DNA of 64,000 nt from the human T2T-CHM13v2.0 reference genome, Homo sapiens (GCF_009914755.1 NC_060942.1); one strand, 5' to 3'; shown: positions 25,219 to 42,952, counted from the stretch's first letter. The notes: generated from the letters alone by a model not told the origin. A program made the numbers and translations.

Positions 25219-26245
25219 ATGGGGAGAAACCAGAGCAGAAAAGCTGAAAATTCTAAAAATCAGAGTGCCTCTTCTCCACCAAAGGATCACAGCTCCTTGG
25301 CAGCAATGGAACAAAGCTGGACAGAGAACGACTTTGACGAGTGGAGAGAAGAAGGCTTCAGACGATCGGTAATAACAAACTTCTCCAAGCTAAAGGAGGA
25401 TGTTCGAACCCATCGCAAAGAAGCTAAAAACCTTGAAAAAAGATTAGACAAATGGCTAACTAGAATAAACAGCATACAGAAGACCTTAAATGACCTGATG
25501 GAGCTGAAAACCATGGCATGAGAACTACATGACACATGCACAAGCTTCAGTAGCTGATTTGATCAAGTGGAAGAAAGAGTATCAGTGATTGAAGATCAAA
25601 TGAATGAAATGGAGTGAGAAGAGAAGTTTAGAGAAAAAAGAGTAAAAAGAAATGAACAAAGCCTCCAAGAAATATGGGACTATATAAAAAGACCAAATCT
25701 ACGTCTGATTGGTGTACCTGAAAGTGACTGGGAAAACGGAAGCAAGTTGGAAAACACTCTTCAGGATATTATCCAGGAGAACTTCCCCAACCTAGCAAGG
25801 CAGGCCAACATTCAAATTCAGAAAATACAGAGAATGCCATGCCACAAAGATACTCCTCGAGAAGAGCAACTCCAAGACACATAATTTTCAGATTCACCAA
25901 AGTTGAAATGAAGGAAAGTATGTTAAGGACAACCAGAGAAAAAGGTTGGGTTATCTGCAAAGGGAAGCCCATCAGACTAACAGTGGATCTCTCAGCTGAA
26001 ACTCTACAAGCCAGAAGAAAGTGGGGGGCCATATTCAACATTCTTAAAGAAAAGAATTTTCAACCCAGAATTGCATATCCAGCCAAACTAAGCTTCATAA
26101 GTGAAGGAGAAATAAAATCCTTTACAGACAAACAAATGCTGAGAGATTTTGTCACCACCAGGTCTGCTTTACAAGAGCTCCTGAAGGAAGCATTAAACAT
26201 GGAAAGGACTGGTACCAGCCACTGAAAAAACATGCCAAATTGTAA
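25219..26245 (+). pseudogene. L1 ORF1p remnant (stops and frameshifts)
   Basis: MGRNQSRKAENSKNQSASSPPK...; stop at 25519-25521; ATGCC duplication near 25834; PQRYSSRRATPRHII...FQPRIAYPAKLSF. Confidence 0.93.
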
Positions 26246-26308
26246 AGACCATCAATGCTAGGAAGAAACTGCATCAACTAATGAGTAAAATAACAAGCTA
26301 ACATCATA

Positions 26309-30045
<3,737 letters not shown>

Positions 30046-30326
30046 ACAATGAGAACACTCGGACACAGGGTGGGGAACATCACACACTGATGCCTGTCGT
30101 GGGGTGGGGGGAGGGGGGCAGGATAGCATTAGCAGATATACCTAATGTAAGTGATGAGTTAATGGGTGCAGCACACCAACATGGCACATGTATACATATG
30201 TAAGAAACCTGCACGTTGTGCACATGTACCCTAGAACTTAAAGTATAATTAAAAAAAAGAAAAGCAAAAAATAAATAAATAAATAAAAATAAATAATAAT
30301 AAAAACAGAAACAAACAAAAAACAAA

Positions 30327-30515
30327 TGCTTATTTGCCATTTGTATATCTTCTTTGGTGAGGTGTTTGTTAACGTCTTTGACCCACTTTTTAAATTGGAT
30401 TGTTTGTTATATTTGAGTTTTAAGAGTTCTTTGTGTATTTTGGATAGCAGTTCTTTATTAGATATTTCTTTTACAAATATCTGTTGTTAAATAAAATGAT
30501 TATACTGGCACTATG
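30327..30515. other. Probable 3'-transduced flank (antisense L1MC-like relic plus unique end with AATAAA)
   Basis: Lies between the L1PA tail and the right TSD (AAATTTCATATGA 30518-30530); AATAAA at 30490-30495 then short A run at 30516. Confidence 0.75.
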
Positions 30516-30530
30516 AAAAATTTCATATGA

Positions 30531-32344
30531 AGCCAAAGAAAAGCCCACATAGCCAAAGCAAGATTAAACAGACAGAACAAATCTGGTGGCATTACATTAC
30601 TTGACTTCAAACTATATTACAAGACTATAATTACCAAAACAGCATGGTGTTGGTATAAAAAAAGGCATATAGACCAATGGAACAAAATAGAGAACCTAAA
30701 GACATACACCCAAATACTTACAGCCAACTGATCTTCAACAAAGCAAACCAAAACATAAAGTGAGGAAAGGACACCCTTTTCAACAACTGATTGTGGGAGA
30801 CTGAAACTTGATCCTCATCTCTCACCTTATACAAAATTCAAATCAAGATGGATTAAGGACTTAAATCTAAGACCTAAAAGTATAAAAATTCTAGAAGATA
30901 ACATTGGAAAAATCCTTCCAGACATTGGCTCAGGCAAGAATGTTATGACCAAGAACCCAAAAACAAATGAAATAAAATCAAAGATAAATAGCTGAGACTT
31001 AATTAAACTAAAAAACTTTTGCAGCTGGGTGCGGTGGCTCACGCCTGTAATCTCAGCACCTTGGGAGGCCTAGGCGGGTGGATCACCTGAGGTTGGGAGT
31101 TCAAGACCAGTCTGATCAACATGGAGAAACCCCATCTTTGCTGAAAATACAAAACTTACCTGAGCATTGTGGCACATGCCTGTAATCCCAGCTACTTGGA
31201 GGCTGAGGCAGGAGAATCACTTGAACCTCAGAGTCAGAGGCTGCAGCGAGGCGAGATCACGCCATTGCACTCTAGCCTGCGCAACAAGAGCGAAACTCCG
31301 TCTTAAAATAAATAAATAAATAAAATAAATAAATGCATAAATAAAGCTTTTGCACGGCAAAAGGAATGGTTAGCAGAGTAAATAGACAACCCACAGTGTG
31401 GGAGAAAATATTCACAATATATAGATTTGAGAAAGGACTAATATCCAGAATCTATAGTGAAATTAAACAAATCAGCAAGAAAAAGAAAAAAAAAACAAAG
31501 AATCCCCTCAAAATGTGGGCAAAGGACATAAATAGACAATTCTCAAAAGAAGATGTACAAATGGCCAACAAACATTTGAAAAACTGCTTAACATCACTAA
31601 TGATCAGGGAAATGCAAATCAAAACCATAATACAATACCACCTTACTCCCACGAGTATGGCCATAATCAAAAAATCAAAAAATAGTTGATGTTGGCATGG
31701 ATACAGTGAGTGGGGAACACTTCTACACTGCTGGTGAAAATGTAAACTAGTACAATCGCTGTGGAAAACAGTATGGAGATTCCTTAAAGAAGTAAAAGAA
31801 CCACCGTTTGATCCAGCAATCCCACTACCAGGTATCTACCCAGAGAAAAATGAGTCATTATACAAAAGATGCTTGCACATGCATGTTTATAGCAGCACAA
31901 TTTTCAATTGCAAAAATGTGGAACCAATCCAAATGCCCACCAATCAACTAGTGGATAAAGAAACTGTGGTGTATATATCCGATGGAGTACTAGTCAACCA
32001 TAAAAAGGAATGAATTAATGGCATTCGCAGCAACCTGGATGAGATTGGAGACTATTATTCCAAATGAAGTAACTCAGGAATGGAAAACCAAACATTGTAT
32101 GTTCTCAATCATACCTGGGAGCTAATCTGTGAGGATGCAAAGGCATAACAATGACACAATAGACTTTGAGGACTCCAGAGAAAATGGTGGGAAGGGGGTG
32201 AGGGACAAAAGAATACAAATAGGGTGCAGCATATATTGTTCAGGTGGTGTGTGCACCAAAATCTCACAAATCACCACTAAAGAACTGACTCATGTAACCA
32301 AACACCACCTGTTCCGCAATAACCTATGGAAATTAAAAAAAAAA
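30531..32344 (+). mobile_element. L1PB1-like LINE, 3' segment, interrupted by AluSp
   Basis: Continues the ORF2 broken at 24219; 3' UTR GTGCACCAAAATCTCACAAATCACCACTAAAGAACTGACTCATGTAACCAAACACCACCTGTTCCGCAATAACCTATGGAAA then A tail. Confidence 0.9.
31023..31342 (+). mobile_element. AluSp-like SINE nested in L1PB1
   Basis: CACCTGAGGTTGGGAG, CTGATCAACATGGAGAAACCCC, GCCATTGCAC, GCAACAAGAGCGAAACTCC; (TAAA)n tail; TSD AAA(A/G)CTTTTGC. Confidence 0.92.
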
Positions 32345-32800
32345 TTCTGACCAGTAGATCTGCCTTTTGGGATTGATTGAAAATATATATGCTAAAAATT
32401 TTAAATGTTGTGTAAAGTGCCATGTACAGTTCCTTCCTAACCCACATCTAAGAACATAGTTGAAATGTGCTCAGCGTTCTAAGAATAAAAAAAAATTATA
32501 TGTTTTTCTATATAGTGTTTGCAAATTAGATGCACTCTCATATATTTATGTGGGATGCGCAGGCTGAGGAGAGAGAGCAAATTTGTGTGAATGGGTTGGG
32601 GATAGAAAGAAACAAACAAAGATGAGGTATGTTCAGAAGTCTCAATTGTGCTTGGGTATCAGAGTCAGTGAATTTCAAGAAAAAGGGGGCATGCATGGGA
32701 AGACAGGAGAGTCTAATTAGCAGGATTCTGCCTGGGCTCTGGAAGGCACTACTGGTTTCCAAGTCTTGCCTAGTTATGAGACCAGTTTTGTTTAAGCCTT

Positions 32801-33165
32801 TGTTATGGTTTGGCTCTTTGTCCCCACCCAAATCTCGTGTTGAATTGTAATTCCCGTGTGTCCAGGGAGAAACCTGGTGGGAGGTGATGGAATATAGGGG
32901 CAGTTTCCCCCATGCTGTTCACGTGATAGTGACGGAGTTCTCACAAGGTCTGATGGTTTTAAAAGTGGCAGTTTCCCCTGCACTTTCTCTTTTCTCCTGC
33001 TGCCATGAGAAGATGTGCCTTGCTTCCCCTTCGCCTTCTACCATGATTGTAAGTTTCCTGACGCCCCCCAAGCCATGCGGAACTTTGAGTCAATTAAACC
33101 TCTTTCCTTTATAAATTACCCAGTATCAGGTACTCTTTATAGCAGTGTGAAAATGGACTAATACA
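32801..33165 (+). mobile_element. THE1D-like MaLR solo LTR
   Basis: TGTTATGGTTTGGCTCTTTGTCCCCACCCAAATCTC...CAATTAAACCTCTTTCCTTTATAAATTACCCAG...GGACTAATACA, 365 bp. Confidence 0.92.
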
Positions 33166-33479
33166 ACTTCAGTGTTGTCTCTCTTGGCAACAACATTATG
33201 AAATGTTAAATGTTAAACATTTAAAACAACAACAGTTACTACTACTACCATATTAAAAAACAGAAAGTGAAAAATACATCATAAGAAATGTAAGAACAAC
33301 AACAAAAACAGCACCATCTTGCTTTTCCATGTTATGTAGCATCAAATTCCGAAAAAGCAGGGGGCCAAATTACTTATGAAATCTAATAAATATCATTATA
33401 ATGATTACTTCTATATGATGAGTACAGTATTTTATATTAATAATTATACTGTTTTTACATTAATAAAATTATCTAAGCT

Positions 33480-33930
33480 TACACCATCTGGTGCTGCAGG
33501 TTTTAGTGTATCCCTCATTTTACAGATACAGACAGTGCAGCTGAGAGCATTAAAACAGCAAAGAAAACTTCTTTATGGGCCAGCAAGCTTGGGCTTGTGG
33601 AGCTTGGGCTCAAAACCAGTTGAGTGTAGCTCAGCCCACTTTACAGGATGCTGTAATGCCTCTTTGAATGGAAACAATGTATCATTATTCATTTAACCAA
33701 ATGTATGCAGTATCGGTAAGGCACAAGACATCCTCATGATCCGGGATTTATAGGCAGAATAATAGTACCATTACTCTAGCAGCTCCTTCTGTTTTCTGGT
33801 CTGTGCTCTAAGTTATTATTAAATTCACCCAACAGCCCAATGATGTAGATGCCTTACCATCCTGATTTTGTAAATTCAAAAAATTAAACAGATCAAAAAC
33901 ACTTTCAACATCATATAGCTATAGATATTA
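33480..33930 (-). mobile_element. Two MIR fragments (~33480-33640, ~33790-33930)
   Basis: ATCCCTCATTTTACAGAT and CCCAACAGCCCAATGATGTAGAT...CCTGATTTTGTAAAT antisense MIR patterns. Confidence 0.5.
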
Positions 33931-36089
33931 TAATCCTTGCTCTCAAGGAAATATTTAAATGGGACTTATGCAAAATACCTATCCAAATAATTATACTCAA
34001 CATTGAATACTAAATGCTAAACACACTTGTTACATGAATCATACAGTATATATCATTATTATAATATTTCCAATGTTGAATTTTAAATGTGAGTATTCTT
34101 CACTAGAAAAGAGGAAAGTCTTCTGTATATATTCCTGGAGAGTACCAAGAAAAGAGTAGAAGTGAATAACTAACTTTGATTGATAATAATAATGGTAAAA
34201 GGAAAAACGATTTCCTTAGGAACCTATAGGAGACTACAAAAGGGATCAGTATTTGGGAGAGGTGATTTAAATAAGTTTAATACTGTCAGAAATACTTTTT
34301 CAACTGATTATTTTCAAGCTTATTTTTAAATTTTTTTTCTCAAAATTGAATTAGTAAATTGTAATGTTCATTTAAAAACCATTTGTGTTTATTTGTTTAT
34401 TTATTGTTTGCGACACAGAAGCTGAGCTTTAGGCGGAAAACCTCAGTGGTCTTGTGAAACATAAATACATTTGAAGGGATAAACAAGGATTACAATCTTT
34501 AACCAGCATAATTTCTCATGGTAGTCATTCTTGATGATCTGTCTTAACCTGATAAAGTTTCACAATTTTTGATAGTCATAAAAGTTTATATTTAGATGGG
34601 TAACAATATAACTTATCAGCAAATAACAATTCATTTGTGTTTTGTTTTGTTTTTTAGAATGAACGACAAGAAAATTTGATACAGGAAATCCAGTCTGATA
34701 GTGTAGGGTCAAGTTTTTAGTCTCACTTGAGACTTCTTAATCTAATTAAGTAGCAAAAGAAGAAGGGGAGGAGAAAAGGGAGGTGGAGGGGAAAAATAGA
34801 TAAGAATTTTAAGACCTTGATAAAAATTTGTTTATCTTCTAGCTTCTCTTACTAGTAAAGAGAAGGTGATTTACACAGCGAAACACCTGAATGATCAAAA
34901 ACTTAAGTTCCAGTGATATACTTATTGTCCCTGTATTTAAATTAATTCCATGCTTAAAGTGAAATTCTCATTTCCAATATCATGTTTTCATTGTTCCAGT
35001 AGGGTCCTTACATTTTTCTAATTCTTCACCCTTGAAGGTAGTCTTATATTTCTGTAATTAAAGAATGGAAAAAATGATTTTCAGGAGATTCAGATTACAG
35101 ATAGAGACAAATGCATGTGACCAATTGTTTTAGTACATCATTATTTCACATCCATTTAACAGCATATAAAAGTCAATTACATGATTAGAGAATAGTGAAT
35201 AACCCCATAAGAAGAATGGATATGGATATGGAATTGTTAAAATTGTTATACTGAGCCCCTAGAGAAAAATAACATCTGCAATTAAAAATGATCTAAAAGA
35301 AAATGGAAATAACCCAAGGTCACACATATATGGAAGGACTTGGACAGTAATCCAGACATTTCCTCTAATTGTCAAGTAAATATTAAAAATTAACTGATCT
35401 GTTATCCTCAAAGAGTACATTTTTTATATGTTTAGTCTTTTCTTAATGCCTATAAAATAAGACATACTTCAGCCATTCTTGTCCTAAAATTAGAAATTAT
35501 ACATCCTCTTGGTTTTTTTGTTAAAAAACATTAGTTCATTATTTATACACTCAGTATGTTTGTGGGAAAGAAAGAGAAACAGAATTAGAACACATTAACT
35601 TGTTGATTATAACTTAATATTTTATTTTCTTCACTATTTAGATTGGATAAAAGGTTATGGGAGGCTTCGGAAAGCTAAGTGTATATAAAAGCAACTTCAT
35701 CTTCAAATATAAATAATTACACACAGTGTAATAAAATGAATATAATATGCTCTATATATGTAACAATTTGCAATGACATTTCTCTTAAATGTTTTCTGAT
35801 TAGGTAATTTTTGGTTTGTTGGCATTCTTGAGTTACTAGTCAATCTAGAATATGTTTGTTTTAGATGTGAGTCTGTTTTGGCAGAAGAAGACAAAAAAAA
35901 TTCAGAAGGCCCCAACATGATGGGTATTTGCTATCTACATGGCAAACAAAAATACGGTAATGATGGAAACAAGAATTAACCTGCATTGAAAAGTTTGTGT
36001 TAATTACCACAGACTTCTCTGCTTTTCTGTCATCAAGTGGTTGGACCATCATACATTTTGAAAACTCTTGGATGAGAAATAGATGGAAA

Positions 36090-36539
36090 CACAAACACTG
36101 TATAACCTAGATATTTTTGCATAACAATTACAATCTTCATTTGCTGCACAATTGACTTTTATTTTTCTCACAAGTCTAGGAATCAGTTGGGAAGATCTAC
36201 TCATCGGTGGAAGGGCCTGAGCTGGTACACATTGTCTCTTTTCCTCCAGCAGACTGGCTGGGCTTTGTTCCTGTGGCGGAGGCAGTCATAAAGGTGGGGG
36301 AAAGAGAGAGAGAGATTGAGAAGAGAATCAAGCAGCGTCTTCCGAGGCCTAATCTGAGATACCAAACAGGAACTTTTATGACAGTCTATTGGCCAAGCAA
36401 GTCAAGGCTAGCCCACATTCAAAGGTTTAGAAAATAGACTCAACTTCTCAATGGGAGGTGCTGTAATCATATGACAGGGAACATGAATCAATGGAGGGGT
36501 GAAGAATTAGAGCCATTCTTTTGCAATGAATTTCACACA
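36090..36539 (-). mobile_element. MLT1 (F/G/H-like) MaLR LTR
   Basis: CCTCCAGCAGACTGGCTGGGCTTTG, CTATTGGCCAAGCAAGTCAAGGCTAGCCCACATTCAAAGG, AATAGACTCAACTTCTCAATGGGAGG, ends CACACA. Confidence 0.75.
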
Positions 36540-36555
36540 AGGAATATGTACTACA

Positions 36556-37086
36556 TGACCAAGGTGGCCTTAAAATTCCCCTCAGGTTTGCTAAACTTTA
36601 GACAGGCTTTTTTCCCTGCTTTTAGGCCCCTGACTGCATTTTCCTTAGAGCATTTACTCTTTCTCTGATGCTTTGAAATGTGTGTAAATCTTCTCCCAGC
36701 CTTTTGACAGTTTTGCAATCCAGGAATATCTTTCACAAGAACCAGGGAGTCATCCATTTGAAATGCAATCATGAAGGAAGGTAGCACCCCTCTCTCCTAG
36801 ACTCTGTAGGAGGGCAGAAGCCTTACCTTGAACTCCACTTAGCAAACACAGAAGGCCTCATCCCAGAGAAAAGTGTTTGCAATCTCAGGAATAGCTGAGT
36901 ATATGTGACACATTCCACTGCTCATATTCCCTTCCCTATGCCCTACAGTACTTTTATACTCCCCATAGCACTTAAAATACTTCCAGCCTTTTGTTTCAGC
37001 AGAGTTGAATTCACCCTCCTATTTCACTAGTTTTGATTAAAGTCTTTCTTACCTCTTTAACTTTGTCTAGTGTAATCTTTTTGACA
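36556..37086 (+). mobile_element. MER67-like ERV1 solo LTR
   Basis: TG...CA ends; AAATTCCCCTCAGGTTTGCTAAACTTTAGACAGGC, CTTAGAGCATTTACT, GGGAGTCATCCATTTGAAATGCAATC; ATTAAA poly(A)-like signal near 37036. Confidence 0.75.
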
Positions 37087-38012
37087 TGCTCAGAGAAAAG
37101 TTTGAATTCTGCTTCTGAACACTTTGCCTAATCAGGCCCACCTGCATCACCATGATACAACTAAATTGAGTTTTTGCAGAAGGAAAGCCCAGTCCTGTTC
37201 TGTGTGTTCTCTATACAACCGTAAAAATAAATTGGCAGAAATTGACATAATTTTGACAACTAATAATGCTTTTAAATTAATCTTGCAAGTTAATTTAAGG
37301 AGCAATGTGCTATTTAGCAATTAAGTAAACTTTCAACTGTGTTTAAGACTTAATAAGTGTGTGGAACTTACCCCTGCTTTCTTGATAAGTCTATAAAGAG
37401 ATAATTTCAATCTCAATCTAAATCATGTTGGAAGAGTAGGTCCTTAGAAACACCAACTTGGCATCTTCTTCTGCCTCCTATTAATGGAAGATCCTTGGTG
37501 AAAAGAAGGAAAATCCGAGGAAATATTTAAAACACTGATTGTAAGTGATGCTGCTGTTAAAACTGTAATGGATCATTAAACTCTACTGCATATGATCTTC
37601 CCTCATTTGATTATAAGAGATGTCTCAGAATTTAATTTTGCCATTTTTGAATTTGTCATCCTGTCTCTTGGAAAAGTTTAAGAAAATGTTTTAAAAATCC
37701 TATGGCTAAAGTTAAAAATAATTTTTATGCATGAGATTTTTTAAGCAAAAAAATAAGCATTATTAGTAACTCATCCAAATGAGTACATTGGAAAAAACCT
37801 ATGTGGAACTGAATCCCAGAAGAGATGAATTTAAACTATATAAAGTGTGAGATCTAGAACTGGACAATGCAAGTGAAGATGTATTTGGTAAAAGAATTTA
37901 AGCAGAAAAGTTTAAAATTAAAATTTTTGCAAATATAGAATTCATAGTGTGGCACTGGGTTTTTAAATTCTAAAATAATTTTAAAATGATCAAGTTTATG
38001 GATAATAGATGC

Positions 38013-38583
38013 TGTCATTAGGGTTCTTCAGAGACAGAACTAATAGGATAGATGTATATGTGACGGGGAGTTTATTAAGGAGAATTGACTCACATAATCA
38101 CAAGGTGAAGTCCCAAAATAGGCCCTCTGCTAGCTGAGGAGCAAGGAAGCCAGTCCAAGTCCCAAAACCTTGAAAGTAGGGAAGCCGACAGGACAACCTT
38201 CAGTCTGTGACCAATAGTGCAACCTTCAGTCTGTGGCTGAAGGCCCAAGAGTCCCTGGCAAACCACTGGTGGAAGTCCAAGAATCCAAAAGCTGTAAAAC
38301 TTGGAGTCTGATGTTCAAGGGCAGGAAGCAACCAGTATGGGAGAAAGATGGAGACCAGAAGACTTAGCCAATCTAGTCTTTCCACATTCCCCTGCCTGCT
38401 TTTATCCTAGCCATGCTGGCAGCTGTGTAGATGGTGCCCGCTCAGATTGAGGGTGGGCCCCCCTTTCCTAGTCCACTGACTCAAATGTTAATCTCCTTTG
38501 GCAACACCCTCACAGACACACCCAAGAACAATACTCTGCATCCTTCAATCCAATCAAGTTGACAGTCAATATTAACCATCACA
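38013..38583 (-). mobile_element. MLT2A2-like (HERV-L) solo LTR
   Basis: GAACTAATAGGATAGATGTATAT...CTTCAATCCAATCAAGTTGACAGTCAATATTAACCATCACA; perfect 5-bp TSD GATGC (38008-38012, 38584-38588). Confidence 0.92.
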
Positions 38584-38624
38584 GATGCTACTCTCAAAAA
38601 GTTCTATTTGCTGTTTAGTTAGAG

Positions 38625-38850
38625 CAGAGTTTCTTAACCTCAGTCATATGTGCATTTGGTTCCAGATAGTTCTTTGTTGGGGCATGGGTGTAGGAAATGC
38701 TACTGTGTGTAACATGGGGTACTCAGCAATATCCCTGGCCTCTACCCACTTAATACCAGGAGACTCTCCTCAGTGGTGACAGCCAAAGATGTCTCCCAAT
38801 GTTACCAAAAGTGCTCTGGAAGACAAATGTGCTCCAACTTAGAACCACAG
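38625..38850 (-). mobile_element. MER20 hAT-Charlie element
   Basis: CAGAGTTTCTTAACCTC...ATCCCTGGCCTCTACCCACT...GTGACAGCCAAAGATGTCTCC...AGAACCACAG. Confidence 0.85.
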
Positions 38851-38935
38851 ATTTGTTGAGTGTAGGCACAAAATAAACAAGACACAAATAGACTTTTTGA
38901 AAAATGCCTGTATGTTTTGAAAGAATAGAAGACAT

Positions 38936-39130
38936 CTAACATTTCTCAAACACCCACTATATGAAAGGCACTACACTGGTGAATTGTTTTATTCAATTCA
39001 ATGATGGCTCTATGCAGTAGGTCTAATCACCCTAGACATAAAGAGGCATTCAGGAATTCACCCAAAATCACACAGCTAGTAATGCCAGGAGCTGAGATTA
39101 AAGAGTCAGTTATGACTACTCCATAGTTCT
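38936..39130 (-). mobile_element. MIR
   Basis: CACCCAAAATCACACAGCTAGTAATG...GAGCTGAGATTAAA. Confidence 0.65.
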
Positions 39131-39450
39131 GTCATTTCTCAATCTGTCTCTATTTGTTAATTGAATATGATCAATAAGGACTTCATATTGAGAGAAAATA
39201 AGACATGTCTTCTGCAGAAAAAAGTATAACTTTGTGTTATGAAAGAGAAAGTTATAAATCACTGATAGTCCCCTTCATTGGAATTAGTTTCTTCATCACT
39301 TTTGTTTGTAAAATATCAGTTCTAATTTATCTTAAGATGTTATATTTTGTGTCTTAGTTGTATATGTACATAATTTACTCCATTAGAAGGCAAACAAGCT
39401 GAAGTTACAGTATTTTCATTTCTGTCATTGGATCCCTCCTTTGTCTAATA

Positions 39451-39754
39451 TTGAGCTGTTCATAAGATAACCATGAGCCTCATGTTATATCGAGTGCTTG
39501 AATTATGGCTACTCTAAATTCAGAGATGTTGTAAGTATAAAATAAAAATCCTAATTTCAAGTCTCAGCATGCAAAAGGTAAAATAATTTATTCCTATTTA
39601 TTATAGACTGAAAGAATAATATTGTTTATATATGGCATTAAATAAAATATATTTTTAAATTTTTTCACCTATTTTATTTTACTTTTTCATGTGTCTATGA
39701 AGACATTTTCATTTGCATATGCAGGTTATATTATATTTTCAGTGGACAGTTCTG
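39451..39754. mobile_element. MER33 hAT-Charlie element
   Basis: GAGTGCTTGAATTATGGCTA...TAAATAAAATATATT...TTCACCTATTT...ATTATATTTTCAGTGGACAGTTCTG; TSD-like GTCTAATA/GTCTAGCA. Confidence 0.7.
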
Positions 39755-40467
39755 GTCTAGCATTAAGTGGCTTTTAAATAACTGTTAAGTTGAATGTCAA
39801 GCAAATGGATGTATTTATTTTGACTTTTAATTTCATGTACAGATTGTTTATATAATACAATTTTAAAAGTTTAATAACTACATGTCTGCATGTGATATAA
39901 ATAAGTGTGTGTCTGTGTTTAAATGAATGTACACACAGTAAAGTCTAGAAATTAGGTAATTTATTATCATATTATTGCCCTGTAATAGTTGCTTCTGGCA
40001 ATGACTTTCCACTACATTTAATGGTTTTTTTGGTGAATAAATAGTAATGTTCTTATCGTGTATATTAGAACAGGGCACTAGAGTTAGTTTTAAATATAGA
40101 TGAAGTGTGTTTCCAAAATGAGGTGATTTCAGGATCAGCAGAATTATGCCTCTGCCTCCCCTAACATCTCTTCAAACTGAAGGTTAATACTACAATTTAT
40201 ATAATGTGCTGTTTCCTTAAGACTTGATAATTCCTATTACAATAAAATCCTCAGGTAATATTTATGTTTTCATCAACAATTTAAGATGCACGGATTTCAG
40301 ATCAGATAACGAAGGACACTTGTTGGCGAATGGAGTAATAATAACATGGTCAAGGAATTTTGAATGGAAGAGGAATATAAATTGAAAAATAGTGACACCA
40401 GAATAATTTTGGACCCTTGAACCTCAGATACAAATCTTATTCTTCATATTGGACCACACAGATATAA

Positions 40468-40858
<391 letters not shown>

Positions 40859-40877
40859 GTTATCAATTTTATTAACA

Positions 40878-41323
40878 GTGGTAACGGCCTCTCAGACACA
40901 TCCACGTCTTAATCCCCGAACCTGTAAACATGGAAAAGTGAAATTAAGATTGCAGATGGAACTAATTCAGATGACCATGAAATAGAAAGATCATGCTGGA
41001 TTTTCTGAGTGGTCTCAATGCAATGACACAGGTGTTCACAAGAAGAAGAAGAGGCCAGGGTGATGGGACATGATAAGGGCTTGAGGCTGGAGGAAGGAGG
41101 CCATGAGCCAAGAAATGTGGGCTCTCTCTACTCAAAAAATAAGAAAATGGATTCTTCCCTAGAATCTCCAGAAGGAAATGCAGGATTGCTGATGCCTTGG
41201 TTTTAGCCCAATGTGTTTCTTATTGGACTTTTGACCTGCAGAATTGTAAGATAGTGTGTTTGTGTTTTTTCAAGCCACTAAACTTGTGGTAATTTGTCAT
41301 AGCAGCAATAAAAAATTAACACA
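40878..41323 (+). mobile_element. MLT1D-like MaLR LTR
   Basis: ATCCACGTCTTAATCCCCGAACCTG, AATTAAGATTGCAGATGGAA, CCATGAGCCAAGAAATGTGG, CAAGCCACTAAACTTGTGGTAATTTGTCATAGCAGCAATA. Confidence 0.85.
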
Positions 41324-41596
41324 AGTATTTATCTAAAGTAATCTCACTCACTATTTACTCAAAAATACAGAATCTATTTCACTATTTTTACCTGGGTGAG
41401 AGAGGGTATGTTCTAGGGATGGAGCATGTTTTTTTCTGGATAATTGTTTCTTGTTAATAATTAGGTTAAAACATGTGGAAATTATCTCTTCCTTTTATCT
41501 CCAATGTATTATATACATTCAAATTCTAAAGCATGGTAAAACTTTAGTTAATGGAACATAATTAATGAGAGCTCCAGTTAATTGAAAATGTGTGTG

Positions 41597-41779
41597 TCAT
41601 CGGGGCCTGTAGTGGGGCGGGAGGAGGGGGGAGGGAAACCATTAGGAGATATACCTAATGTAAATGATGAGTTAATGGGTGCAACACACCAACATAGCAC
41701 ATGTATACATATGTAACAAACTTGCACATTGTGCACATGTACCCTAGAACTTAAAGTATAATTAAAAAAAAAAAAGAAA
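41597..41779 (+). mobile_element. Severely 5'-truncated L1PA5-like 3' end
   Basis: L1PA 3' UTR and A tail flanked by perfect 13-bp TSD GAAAATGTGTGTG (41584-41596, 41780-41792). Confidence 0.93.
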
Positions 41780-42557
41780 GAAAATGTGTGTGGTGTGTGT
41801 GTGTGTGTTTCTTTATTCAACTTAAAAGGGGAAAATGATAAATGTAGGGAAACTTGCATGAGGAATTCAAACCAACAAGCAAATTACCCTTGTTCTGGGG
41901 AAAGAATCCAAGCAATTCAATACTCTATATTTTTAGCAAAAAATAATTTTTAAAGCACTTAAATTATTTTCAGTGATGTAATAAACATAATATTAGGTGG
42001 ATGAATGTAAATGAAGGTTAAGGTAAAGAGATCCAAAGTAAAAAAAATATTTCTTGTATTAGAGGTTATAATAAACGGTTCATTTTTAAAAATTACAGTT
42101 ACTGGCTTCTCCAATTCCTATGAAAGCAAAAGAAGGTTTAAGGTTGAGATGTTTCCAAAAAAGAAATAAATTAATCATTAAGATATTTTCCCCAATTTCA
42201 TCCGGTAGACTATTAATCTTTATAAATAAAATACCTATTAATCCCATTTCTTTCATTTGACAGCAAAAACTGTAATTTTCTTAGGATGTTAGGGGATGCA
42301 TGAATTTCCATGCTCCTGTATGTTACTTAAACTTTTTATGCTTTGAAATTTTCTTTGGAACTTCCAAGATATCATCATAACTTTTCAACATTCGAGCTTA
42401 TGTTTTAAATGAGGTAAAGCCTAGTATTTCTGAATATGTTTTAATTTTCATGATAAATATATATATATATTTATCAAAATTCTTTACGTTATTTTTGTGA
42501 TTTACTGTGTGGTCCTTTACCTTAAATGCAGAAAAAAATATACAGTAAAAATTCATT

Positions 42558-42952
<395 letters not shown>

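Noticed and set aside
30101-30118. G-quadruplex-forming tract
   Set aside because: Standard L1PA 3' UTR feature
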